A stretch of 63,551 nt of DNA, filler included, from Octopus bimaculoides (Eukaryota): NCBI RefSeq assembly GCF_001194135.2. It is 6 parts of 6 records of this genome, joined end to end, with 100 filler letters (N's around TTAATTAATTAA, not from the genome) between each part and the next. Parts side by side here need not be neighbours in the genome. Positions count along the whole stretch, not along the records: positions 29,007 to 51,026 come from NC_068988.1; positions 51,127 to 60,233 come from NC_068990.1; 4 more parts are not named here. One strand, 5' to 3'. Positions 40,085-51,815 of this stretch are shown piece after piece. The translations under genes and the position numbers were made by a program. Every line of letters starts with the position of its first letter. Position 1 is the first letter of the stretch. A model generated the notes under the pieces. That model saw nothing but the letters and a program-made list of their open reading frames with translations, was not told the origin of the DNA and made no database searches.

Positions 40085-40733
40085 TCTAGTCATTAACAAG
40101 CAGAACGACCATGTGGCCAGCTTTGGGCAGGACATCTCTGAAGTCCACTACATGTCGACAACCAAGTACCTGGCTCTGCATCGTGGCTTTGAATGGTGAG
40201 AAGATGCCATTGGTGTGGTTTGCAACTGGTTGCAGGCTCAACACAGCCAACTACAGGGACATCTTGGCCACAAAAGTCCAGCCCTGGGTGAGAAAGATCA
40301 CAGAGAAGGTGGATTACATCTTTCAGCAGGGCAGTGCCCCAGCCCACACAGCCAAGAATAGCTGGAATGGAACATGAACTTCTGGTCACAGTACTTTTGG
40401 CCATCACAGTCATCCAACTGCAACTCCCTCGACTACAGCATGTTGAGCACAAGGCCTGCAAGTCCGTCACAGAAACGTCGATGAGCTGAAGTCCTCCATT
40501 AACTGTGTGTGGGCCAGCATGAGGAAGCATTTTGCCTGCAACATGTGCACGCCTTCAAGTCTCACCTGGAGTGCATGCTTGCCACCAAGGGTGGCCACAT
40601 TGATTAATATTAATATTTAAACACATACTTATATGTTAAAACAATAAAAACGTCTCTAACTGCATCAAAACTATCATTGTGTCCTTTGTTGAGAGCATCA
40701 TAACGAATGCAAGCGGACTTTTGCAAAGCCCAG
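40085..40733 (+). mobile_element. Second maT-like transposase 3' half, different subfamily
   Basis: MPLVWFATGCRLNTANYRDILATKVQPWVRK..YIFQQGSAPAHTAK, then after a frameshift FWPSQSSNCNSLDYS (degenerate WPPxSPDLNPLDY). Ends ...gcaaagcccag followed by TA. Confidence 0.8.
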
Positions 40734-41317
40734 TAAGCACATACATACATACATGCTTCTCTCAGTTTTTGTCTATCAAATCCACTCACAAAGCTTTACT
40801 CAGCCAACAACAATAATAGAAGACACTTGCCCAAAGAGAATCCAAGACTTCATCGTTGAGAAGTAAGACTCCACTGCACAGCCATATTATGAAATATGAA
40901 CCTCAAACAAAAAACTAGAAATTCTCCTTCACGACCGAAAACCATTTTTGCTCTCAAATTTATTTACTCTCATACAAAAGTCAAATATGACCCACATTCT
41001 AGCACTGCTCACATATTTGGAATGGTGCTGCTGCTATATGAATGAACCATTCAAGATCACATCCATGAAAGGTCATCAGGCTGGGCTATCTGACAATGAC
41101 TCACGGCCATTAGCCCACATATCTGATGCCTTCTCTTTCTACTCTGATACTGTAGCTTAAATGGTGGCACTATAGCTTAAATGGCTTCTGTTTGTTTGTG
41201 TTTACAAGCTTCTAATCAACTCCTCTTCAGTCCATCCATTATAACTGTCTATCCTCTAAAACTCACACTTTGTTTTTTTTTTTGTTTTGTTATTTTTTGT
41301 TGCTTTCCATAAGGTGC

Positions 41318-42070
41318 AAGCATGGCTGTGTTGTTAAGAAGCTCGTTTTGCAATTCATGTTTTCAGGTTCAGTCCTACTGTGCAATACCTTGGGCAAGTG
41401 TTTTCTACTATAGCCCCAGGATAACAAATGCCTTGTGAGTGAATTTGGTAGACAGAAACTGTGAGAGAGCATTCTTTTATTCTTTTACTTCTTTCAGTCA
41501 TTTGACTGTAGCCATGCTGGAGCAGCGACTTTAGTCAAACAAACCAACCCCAGGACTTATTCTTTGTAAACCTAGTACTTATTCTATTGTTCTGTTTTGT
41601 CGAACTGCTAAGTCACATGGACGTAAACCTACCAATCTCGGTTGTTAAGTGATGGTAGGAAGATAAACACAGACACACGAATACATACATGTATATATAT
41701 ATATATATATGACAGGCTTCTTTCAGTTTCCATCTACCAAATCCACTCACAAGGCTTTGGTCGGCCTGAGGCTATAGTAGAAGACACTTGCCCAAGGTAC
41801 CATGCAATGGGACTGAACCCGGAACCATGTGGTTAGAAAGCAATCTTCATACATATGTGTGTATGCATCTTTATGCTTGTCCCATCCACCATCATCTGAT
41901 AACCAGTGCTGGTTTGTTTCTGTCTGTAATTTAGCGATTTGACAAAACAGACTGATAAAACAAGTATACCACACTTGAAAATAAGTACTAGGAATCGATT
42001 TGTTTGAATAAAGCCTTCAAAAGGTGTTCTAGCATGGCCACAGTCCAATGAGTGAATGAAGTAAAAGATA
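41318..42070. mobile_element. Nested family B SINEs: an antisense copy (about 41473-41850) inserted between the head and tail modules of an older sense copy
   Basis: Sense head at 41318-41470, full antisense copy, then sense tail module at 41855-42070. Confidence 0.7.
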
Positions 42071-42129
42071 CAAGACAAGGATTCATCTGCAAAACTCCAA
42101 ACTGCTCTTCTCAGACCAAAGAAGAAAAA

Positions 42130-42285
42130 GATAATAATAATAACATCGAAAAATACCTTAGGAATGAGAACCCACGTTCAAAATTTCCCCAAGACACCTG
42201 ATGAAAGCTGGAGGGTATATCAGCCGAAACGTTGTGTTAACAACAAACAAGATAAGGACAAATATCCGTCAAATGTAAATAATGC
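42130..42285 (+). mobile_element. Penelope-like repeat with a minimal hammerhead (42193-42238)
   Basis: GACAC CUGAUGA A AGCUG gagggUaUaU CAGCC GAAA CGUU GUGUU; the core nucleotides are intact. Confidence 0.65.
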
Positions 42286-45200
42286 CACCTTATCTGTTTA
42301 GCTAATTTATCTTACCTGGATGCCACCTTGTCTATTTGGCAATTTTATTTCTACTTGGATATTCCATACATCAGTCTGGTTTGAGGTTATTCTGTACTCA
42401 TTGTTAGCCTACAAAGCCTTCAATAAATCAGCTCAACAATTTTGTTGCTGGTTTCCAAATTTTCTCTGAGCCTATCAACATCAGAACAATGATTTAAAAT
42501 AGTGAGCATCAAAAAGCTAATTGAAAATAATTATGTAGTGAGGAAAAAACATTAGTTCAATGACTAATAATATTTTAATCCTGTCATTGAGTATGGGAGA
42601 AAACTCTAGACATGTTTTTGATCTTGTATCTCCTCACCAAATGCAGACTTCATAGTACATGACTGAAGTACCATATTTTCCAGCATACAAGCCAACGTAG
42701 TATATAGTGTAGACATTCAAACATTGTCACTATCTTTCCAAATCCTGCTGCATTTCACATAGAATTTTTAGTCCTCACATGTCATCTTGGTATATAAGTA
42801 AACTTATCTTTCTGGATTGCATATTTTTGTCTGAAAAATTTGACTTGTTTGTCAGAAAATATAATAGTGACAAGAGGATCACAAAGTTGATGTACAATAT
42901 TGTATTATACCTAAGTAGGCATGAAAATTAACATATTCATGACTTGATTCTGTTTTTCGAATAAATAGATCCATCTTCAGTTGAAACACAAAAAAATTTT
43001 TTATAGCTCTTTAGGTCTCAACATTTTCCTCATCTACTTTCAACTGTAATTATCTACTCCTGCCTCTAATGAACTACAACAACACTCTACGGTCTCTTTT
43101 AAGTTGAGCTTCTTATATATGCAACTGCACTATACAACAGCTTTGGAAATATTGGCTTAATGTCAGCTTGCAAGAAATACCAATATGCATGCACACTTAA
43201 TTACACTGCCGCATTAATATTCTTATTTTCGAATGTCAAGTAACTTTCATGAAGCTGTTATCAATCGCTTCTGATAACCAAAACCTTACATCAGTCTCTT
43301 AAAATATCCACCTTATCTATCTGGTCAATTTACCTCTTCTGGATGCCAGCTTATTTGTTTAGCCAATTTATTTTCAAGCTTAAAAAACTCATCAATTTCA
43401 AAAATTTTGTTGCTTTCAGTTTTTTGTTTTTTTTAGTGTTACATGGAATTTAAATATTATTATTTCCTTATTGTTTTTTTTTTTGATGAGGAAGTTTTTT
43501 TCATTTTACTTTATGAATGAAATTAAATAATTTTATTTGAAAAAATTAACAAATGAATACATTGTTTTTTTTTCTAATTCTAACTTTTGACATTTTCTCA
43601 GTTATGGCAACAAGTATACAACCTTAACAATGCAAATTTGTAACAATGAAATATTTTCATCTAAAAATACAATCACACCAACAATCGTTTTTAACAATGA
43701 AGGTGCCTTAGTTTATTACTTTTGAATACCATCTCACCTTATCACCTCTAACTACTCTCCCAGTCATCAATTCTCTGCCTCCTCACTTCCTATTCTTTCC
43801 CTCCCTCTGCCCCTTTTTGTACCTTAAGGATACCCCCTGACACACCGCATCTCCTTTTCCTGCTAGGGTACCTATGTATCTCCTCCACAGTAAGACACCT
43901 ATTCCTGTTTTCCAACATTAACCTCTCCACACCTGGTACAATGTCACCTCGCTCAATACTGCACCTCCACTCTGTAAAGGGGGTCTTGTTTTGTGTGTTA
44001 TATGGTGACCCCACTAATGCTGGTGCCATGAAAAAAAAGCACCCAGTACACTCTGTAAAGTGGCTGGTGTTAGATACAGGTATGCAACTACACAAACCTT
44101 GCCAAAGCAGATAATGGAGATAAACATAGCCCTCAGGATAGTTGGATCTATTGAACTGTTCAATCAATGCCAGCATGGAACATGTGTGTTAAGCGATGTT
44201 AATGATGTCTAGTCTTTACACTAGACATCAAGTTCCAGAAGAAGGAAATGTAAAACTGTTATGTTCATGCCTGGGGTGCCAAGGAGGACATGACAAAGAC
44301 AAGGAAATACCCACGGTCGTCAGCTTGTACATGTAAAGTTCAGCTTGCCCAGGGTGCCAGCAACCCTAGGGCTGGCTCTACCTATTGAATATATGCCTAA
44401 ATCTTTGAGTTAAATATATTCAATGAGAATATTATATACTGAATTTATATTGAGTGCTCTATTGTATCAAAGTATTAATACTATTAAAGTATTTATGTAT
44501 TTAATACGAGCGATTATATATATTTTATAATATATATATATATATATATANNNNNNNNNNNNNNNNNNNNNNNNNNNNNNNNNNNNNNNNNNNNNNNNNN
44601 NNNNNNNNNNNNNNNNNNNNNNNNNNNNNNNNNNNNNNNNNNNNNNNNNNNNNNNNNNNNNNNNNNNNNNNNNNNNNNNNNNNNNNNNNNNNNNNNNNNN
44701 NNNNNNNNNNNNNNNNNNNNNNNNNNNNNNNNNNNNNNNNNNNNNNNNNNNNNNNNNNNNNNNNNNNNNNNNNNNNNNNNNNNNNNNNNNNNNNNNNNNN
44801 NNNNNNNNNNNNNNNNNNNNNNNNNNNNNNNNNNNNNNNNNNNNNNNNNNNNNNNNNNNNNNNNNNNNNNNNNNNNNNNNNNNNNNNNNNNNNNNNNNNN
44901 NNNNNNNNNNNNNNNNNNNNNNTTAAGATCTCAATTTCAGATATGAGAAACAGTTTAAACGAAATTTTTTCTCCTGCACATATCGAATGTCAGTAAGCTA
45001 AAACGTACTATTAGGGCATGTAACGTTTTCTTTATATTTTAAAACCATGTTTGATATTAATTAATGCAACATACCCACTAATTTAGATAGTAACATGATC
45101 TCAATAGTTTTGAAGTTTAAAAATCTAAAATAAACAAGTAGTATTAGAATTAATTGTAAGTTCAATCATGAAGGTGATTAGATTTACCTTCGAAAGCTTT

Positions 45201-46874
45201 GAATGAAAAAAGACTTCGGGAAATTCGAATGCAACAGAAGCCGAAACGGAAATTACACAGTTACGCCCCTTTACAGCAAATACTGCCCTAGAATGCTTTA
45301 AGATGTTAGTTCAGTAAGATGCATTTATTTATATAATTTTGACAAAAATCACAATAAAAGTATCGTTACATCATATTAGTAAGAACCCCTTTTAACTTTC
45401 AAAACTAAAAAACAAAAATTCAAATGAAAATTTTGTCTTTAACAGTTAAGCTATTTTAAAGAAAAGAAAGTGATTTTTTTTTTTTGGTGTTTTTCCTTGT
45501 TCTATGTATAAGATGAAGAATACAACAACAATCATTACCACAATCATCATCATTGTTTTAACGTTTATTTTCCCATGCTTGCATGGGTCAGAAGGAATTT
45601 ATTGAGGCAGATTTTCTATGGTTCAATGCCCTTTCTGTTATCAAGTAAGGTAATATTTTCCCAGACATATCATGGAAGATTGGAAATGAAGGACAGTGAG
45701 ACTGAACCTCAAAGCACACAGCCATGCCTATACCTATGTTGTGTTGAATTATAATACATGAATATATAAGACAATCTAAAGGTTGGTGTTAGGAAGGGTA
45801 TCCAGCTGTAAAAACCATCTCAAAACAGACAGCGAAGCCTGATGCAATCTTCTACCTAACCAGCCCATCAAACTGTCCAACCCATGCCAGCATGGAAAGC
45901 AGATATTAGATAATGATGATGATGATGATGTGTTTTAAAGTCATCGTTCTGGTGTGGGTTAGAGTTGAATAGATATAGAGCTGGCAAACTTCCTACGATG
46001 ATTTTACAGATTTCTCAAGCACACATGGAACAGACCAACTTTTTTGAACATCATCTCCAATTTCTGCTGAGGTGAAATTTGTGGAAAATTACGACAGGAA
46101 TAATACTGAGATCTCAGTGCTTATTGTGAAATGTAGAGAAGAGACAAGATTAGCACATTTGTGGAGGAAGAGTAACAGCACGTACTGGAGATCATGATTT
46201 GAGTTATAAATGCATTAACAATCATAATTGCTAAATTTTTTGCCAAATTTCTTTCAAGCATTATCATCATCATCATCCTTTAACATCTGCTTTCCATGCT
46301 GGCCTAGGTTGGATGGTTTGACAGAGAGCTGGAAAGTTGCAGTGTTGCATCGTGTTACAGTGTCATCCATGGTATTGTTTGTATGGCTGGATGCCCTTCC
46401 TAACATCAACCACTTTACAGTGTTCTGGGTGCTTTTTACATGGCACCATCACTCAAAATTATTTTAGATTCCATTAGACATGGGTTTTTCATTGTCATTT
46501 AAGTCCATGTCCCATGATGGCATGGGTTAGACTTTAATTTGAACTTCTCAATCTCGAAAAAGGAGTGGACACTTTTTATTCAAACTATTTTAGCAGCTAC
46601 TTTGCTTCTTTCTTTCTTTTCAGGGTACTGTCAGACGGAGCCAGCTGAGCCCGGGACTCGTGTCAGGCAGGGTCGTCACTCCCTGATGTATTGAAGAAAA
46701 TGGCTACCCACTACCTATACTGAAACAAGTAAAAGACAAAATAAATATGCTCAAGGTAATGAATGTAAATCAAATGAGGGGTACAAAAAAACAAAAAAAC
46801 AAATGTAAGGACATTATTTATTGAAGCATATCAAAGAGGATTTTCAGGCATTTATGAGTTTTGTCACAATGCCT

Positions 46875-47104
46875 TTAACCCTTTCATTACTGTATTTATT
46901 TTGAGATGCTCCTTGTTTCTTTCAATTAATTTTAAATATAACAAAGAATTTAGTAAACTAACTTAGTTATCATTAAGCTTGTGTTAGGAATATAAATTGT
47001 GACAAAGGTTTGGTGGAAGATTTTAATTCAAAACTTATGAAAACAAGACATTTGTACCACAGAGCCAGAGGTGGTTTCAGCCAGGTTGGTATCAAAAGGG
47101 TTAA
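46875..47104. mobile_element. piggyBac-type MITE (222 bp) with TTAA duplications; adjacent truncated second copy at 47128-47260
   Basis: TTAA|CCCTTT....AAAGGG|TTAA; the second copy starts TTAA|CCCTTT and is colinear for about 120 bp. Confidence 0.8.
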
Positions 47105-48221
47105 GAATTGTTTCTCTATTATATATTTTAACCCTTTTGTTGAGATGCTCTGTGTTTCTTTCAATTAATTTTAAATATAACAAAGAATTTAGTAAAATAA
47201 CTTAGTTATCATTCAGCTAGTGTTAGGAACATAAATTGTGACTCAGGTTTGGTGGAAGATCCCTGGACTTACTCTGTTCGATCTATTTCGCCAAACCACT
47301 AAGTTACAGGAACATAAACACACCAACTCTTTGAAACCTTTAGAAGTCAGAGCTAAATTTGGAGTGAATAGCACTTGACATATTTGAGACATTAAAGTAC
47401 ATTTTGAATTGAATGAACGTTTCTATGTCATTTAATATCTGTTTTCCATGCTAGCATGAGTTGGAGAGCTTGGCAGGAGCTGACAAACCATATGGGGCTT
47501 CAACATTGTTTCTGCATTTGGATGCCCTTACAAACACCAGCAACTTTGCAGTGTGTACTGGGTGCTTTTTTTTCATGTCACTAGCATTAGTGAAGTTGCC
47601 AAGTAACTCACAAGACAGGAAAAAGCCATCTTGACTAAGTGGAAGGACGTATTCAAGAGGGGTAAGATGGCTTTAGGCCAGGTGTTGAGAAGCTGAAGTA
47701 TGACAAGCACAGGTGTCTTGCTATAGAGGAGATAAGTGGTTATCCACACATTATAGAAGAGAGGGTGGGAATAGTCGACAGGATACATAATTAAGTTTTA
47801 GAAATAATATATTGAATAACATATGCAAAAAAATTCTGAAATTTCTTTCTTAAGTGGGAAACGAGAAAATAGAGAAATTTTAAGAGAAAATCACAGACAA
47901 GGGGAGATAATTTCAATAAATTAAAAATGAATTTCACCAAACTGATCTATATTCTTGTAGGGAAATCTGATCTTTTAACCTTGTTGTTACCTCCTCAGCA
48001 AAGAATATCAAACTGGAGACTGCTTGACCATACGACAGAGGGTTTTACTTACAGAAAAACAGACACGAAGATTTCTCGCCTGTAGTAATTAGCATAATTA
48101 AAAAATTAAAATGATCTAAGACAAACAGAACAGTTCAAGGCGATCACTTAGTTCCTTGATCTGAATGAAATGCAAATCCACAACAGGTATTCATAGAAAT
48201 AAACTTTGGTTTGTTTGTTTG

Positions 48222-48259
<38 letters not shown>

Positions 48260-48343
48260 TGTGCGTGTGTGAAGGAGTGATGCAACGAACACACTGTTCA
48301 AGACAGCGAATTCAAAGAGGCAATAACTACTGCAGCAGCTATG

Positions 48344-48382
<39 letters not shown>

Positions 48383-50143
48383 ACACAAGTAGACAGTAGA
48401 CCGGTGGTTTTTCTGTGTTTGTGGAAGTTGGCTTGCTTCTATCAGGAAGCAGACGACTTTCTTTGAATCGTCTAGAATGATGTATGGTAGGAATTTGTAC
48501 AGCTTAGTATCTGAACTTTGTGATAGTAATATAATAGTACGGATTGTTGTTAAAGACTGAAATATTTTAGTTTTCGAAATGTCTTGACTCCATGAGAGGT
48601 TAATAAAATGTTATTTAAAACTATGATACTTAACATTTACTAGCAATGTGAAGTTATGTTATTTATAATACTATTACTAAGCTGTAGAAGATTTACTAAA
48701 GTTACATCAAAAACTAATACACCCGCAAACCTAAAAATGCCACAATATGGTGCTGGAATGTCCAAGAATGATCCCAAATTAAATTAAACAACCATGGTGT
48801 ATATTTTTATTTACTCGCCATTACTGTCCAATTCATTTCAAAACGACCACATTTTAAGAATTCCAGCTATCTAAAGATTATGATTATGGTCTTTGAGGTG
48901 TTTCAGTGATATCACAAAATTCATTTAATAAATCTTCGTCCTCAGAGAATGTTGCAAAAAAAAAAAAATCAAGCAATGTGGTGGGTATTAATTAGACGGG
49001 TGACATCTGTGATATACGGAAATATAATTAACGAAGCAGCAAAGTTAAATTTTCTTCCATTCAATAGCGCTGTATCCCAATATACAAAAGAAGTGAAAAT
49101 TACAGAAACTCGCTAAAATAGAATGCAATCACGTTGGCCTATTCCCAACTAAATTTTCAAAACATGTGTAAGAGACTGCTTTAAACGAGGAAGAATTTCT
49201 TTAAGAAATTCCTCAAATTTAAGCCGTCAATCTTTGAAGGATAAATCTCATAAATCTAATTAATTAATGGCTTTCTTTTTTTCCTTTTTATTAGTAGCGC
49301 CTAAAATATTTTTTTCAAATAATTAAAAGGTTATAAAGACAAGAATAATTTAAAATATTGCACCACTACATTCCTCTTGCATATGGTATGAAAGCATCTT
49401 TCGTATAAAGATAAGGAAAAATACCAAAGTAACAGAAACATATTGAAAAAATAGCAAAATCTAGTTCTCAATAAACTATATATATATATATATATTCCTT
49501 ATCAAATATTCTTTTCAAAAACGAAACAAAAATTTAAAAGACCAAAATCAAACACGAATAATTTCTTTTGTAAATTTGTTTATAAAAATTCATTTTTCAG
49601 TTTATGAATTAACATTTTTAACTTGACAGTATTTTTGATAAAAGATGTTTTGAAGAATATATTACACTTGAAATGTGTGTAGAAATATCGAGAAAATATT
49701 AACCAAGTCTAATTGAAAACATTTGAAAATGCGCGGAAACAATGGAAATGGATATTTTCAGTGTAGAATTCTTCACATAATTAAAAAAAAAAAAAGCACC
49801 GATAAAAGGTACAAAACAATATAAAAATCAGAAAGAAATTTCTCAAAAATGTCTCAAGATCGTAATTCAGAAGATTAATGTAATTCATTTAGACAGCGGT
49901 TGTTATTGTTTAGCCGAAGGTCAAGTCAGATCGGCTAGAGCTACGACCAAAGGCATTCCGGCCGTGACCATCACATCTGTTTAAGGGCGCATAAACTACA
50001 TCGTTTCCTTAATTAGACTGATGTAGAATGTCTAATGGTATAGATGATGATCGATATGTAATTTTAGAAAATAGTAAAGTTATTTACATTTTTATGCATG
50101 TGTAGCAGAGGCCAGGCGGAAGGAAGGGTAAAGATGTAAAAGT

Positions 50144-50359
50144 TCACTTTAACTCAGCTTTAAGTCGTTGAATGCACTTCATCACTGGCGCAGGATAGGT
50201 GCATCCATACACCTCTATATTGACATAACACATGGACAGGCAAACCAGGCGATCTTCGTCAAACTTATCATGATGTACTTTAAGGAACTTTCTTCGTAGA
50301 CCCCATTCGGTGCTGCTCTCAAAAGCATTTCGGTATTTCGAAATTTTTTTATCGGACAT
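50144..50359 (-). CDS. XTBD (XRN2-binding domain) protein, PAXT-1/CDKN2AIP/CDKN2AIPNL/NKRF family; 71 aa if unspliced, or first coding exon of a longer gene
   Basis: Translation MSDKKISKYRNAFESSTEWGLRRKFLKVHHDKFDEDRLVCLSMCYVNIEVYGCTYPAPVMKCIQRLKAELK* has the XTBD pattern R-x3-ES-x3-W-x2-R-x2-F, L-x2-LS-x3-N and GC-x-Y. No frameshift or internal stop. ATG at 50359 is in context CACAATG (A at -3). Ortholog identity is uncertain, so no symbol is given. Confidence 0.85.
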   Translation of the reverse strand: MSDKKISKYRNAFESSTEWGLRRKFLKVHHDKFDEDRLVCLSMCYVNIEVYGCTYPAPVMKCIQRLKAELK

Positions 50360-50526
50360 TGTGAGTTGATAAATTCGACAGAAAGATAGATATATATTAT
50401 ACAATATATATATATGTCTCTGTATATATATATGTATATATAGCTACGCACCCGTACGTGTATGTATATAATATATTTTATATATAAATGTTATTATAAC
50501 AAATTCTAAGTAATAAGATCGAGAAC

Positions 50527-50536
50527 GGGCGGAAGT
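50527..50536. promoter_or_regulatory. Overlapping GC-box/ETS motif GGGCGGAAGT, putative promoter element of the XTBD gene
   Basis: GGGCGG (Sp-like) fused to CGGAAGT (ETS-like) about 170 bp upstream of the XTBD ATG, in repeat-free sequence. Typical of housekeeping promoters; function is inferred. Confidence 0.35.
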
Positions 50537-51224
50537 AGATTTTAAAATACAGCCATGATGGCTACTGCATTATGGGTAGTAGAGACCGCCTAGGTACAAA
50601 GTGACGACTAGAATTCGTTGAACCGTAAATTCTTGAATAATTTAAGGTCAAAGACCCTCAGCAACGACTTCAGTGAAAATTTCTCTTGCATAACATCGTT
50701 ATAGAAAGAAATATGGAAAAGAGTGAAGTCTAATTTATTACCGACTACTCAATTTCTTTATATTTCGTTTTCCATTCCTGAGTACAAGAAATGCTTTTTT
50801 CTTTTATATATCCCCTATAGTTAAATTTGGGTGCAGAAATCTTTAGTGTGTATTATTTTTTAAATATAGAGCGACATAGTTTCTTATTAGTATGCATGAT
50901 TTAATTATTTTCATTCAAGGGAAGAAATCAGGAAAGTGATGCTAGGGTGTGGTTCCAAAGTGGGATTGATACGTTGGATGTAGGTTGAAACCAATGAATT
51001 AAACAGATAATTACAAAATACGTAAANNNNNNNNNNNNNNNNNNNNNNNNNNNNNNNNNNNNNNNNNNNNTTAATTAATTAANNNNNNNNNNNNNNNNNN
51101 NNNNNNNNNNNNNNNNNNNNNNNNNNACGCACACACACGTTCTGTTATCACACACACACTCGCAGACTTTCGCAAACGCACAGATTCACCTCCCTTTTTC
51201 ACTCTCCTATCTTAGAAAGAACTT

Positions 51225-51430
51225 TTCCCCCACCACCTCCTCTTCCGGTCTTTTCATCATGTAACCTCGTGGGCATCGGTACCATTTTCCTCCTTCTCCG
51301 TTCTTCCATTCTCCGAACTTTCCATCTTTCCGACGAAGGGCTACGCCCGAAACGTCATACACTCTCTCTTTCCTTTCCTGAGCGTCCAATAATACTATCC
51401 ATATCACGTCCTCACTTTGTTGTTTTTTTG
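51225..51430 (+). mobile_element. Penelope-like fragment with a degenerate minimal hammerhead (about 51325-51360)
   Basis: CCGACGA A GGGC uac GCCC GAAA CGUC within a pyrimidine-rich flank; helix I does not pair well. Confidence 0.5.
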
Positions 51431-51515
51431 TTTTTTTGTTATTGTTTTTTTTAAACTTTATATATGTATATATATATGTATATATATGTATATATGTGTG
51501 TTTGTGTGTGTGTGA

Positions 51516-51815
51516 AAGTGCATGGCTTAGTGTTAAGGGTGTTGCACTCACGATTGCGAGATCGTGGGTTCAATTCCCAGATCAGGCGTTGTGTTTGTTG
51601 TGTTCTTGAGCAAAGCACTTCATTTCACGTTGCTCTGCGATCATTCCGACATGTACCACTTGGCACCCAGTTGCACCTGTAACAGGTAATGTCGATCTGA
51701 TGGAGGGAGTGAGCTTATGTGAACACAAACATTTGATCACTATAAACAAATCATCTGTGAGGTTGTTCGGTAAGAAACTGTCGAACCCTCATACGTCGTC
51801 TAACGACAAGAAAAC
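51516..51815 (+). mobile_element. SINE family E (tRNA head + CORE-like); second copy at 60800-61085, head fragment near 2372-2428
   Basis: tgcatggcttagtgttaaggg..gggttcaattccc..ttcttgagcaaagcacttcatttcac; the two copies are colinear over about 290 bp. Confidence 0.75.

Noticed and set aside
42350-43300. Possible hAT transposase remnant on the minus strand (VFQLKMDLFIRK)
   Set aside because: Only one short, weak motif amid many stops; cannot be supported without a profile search.
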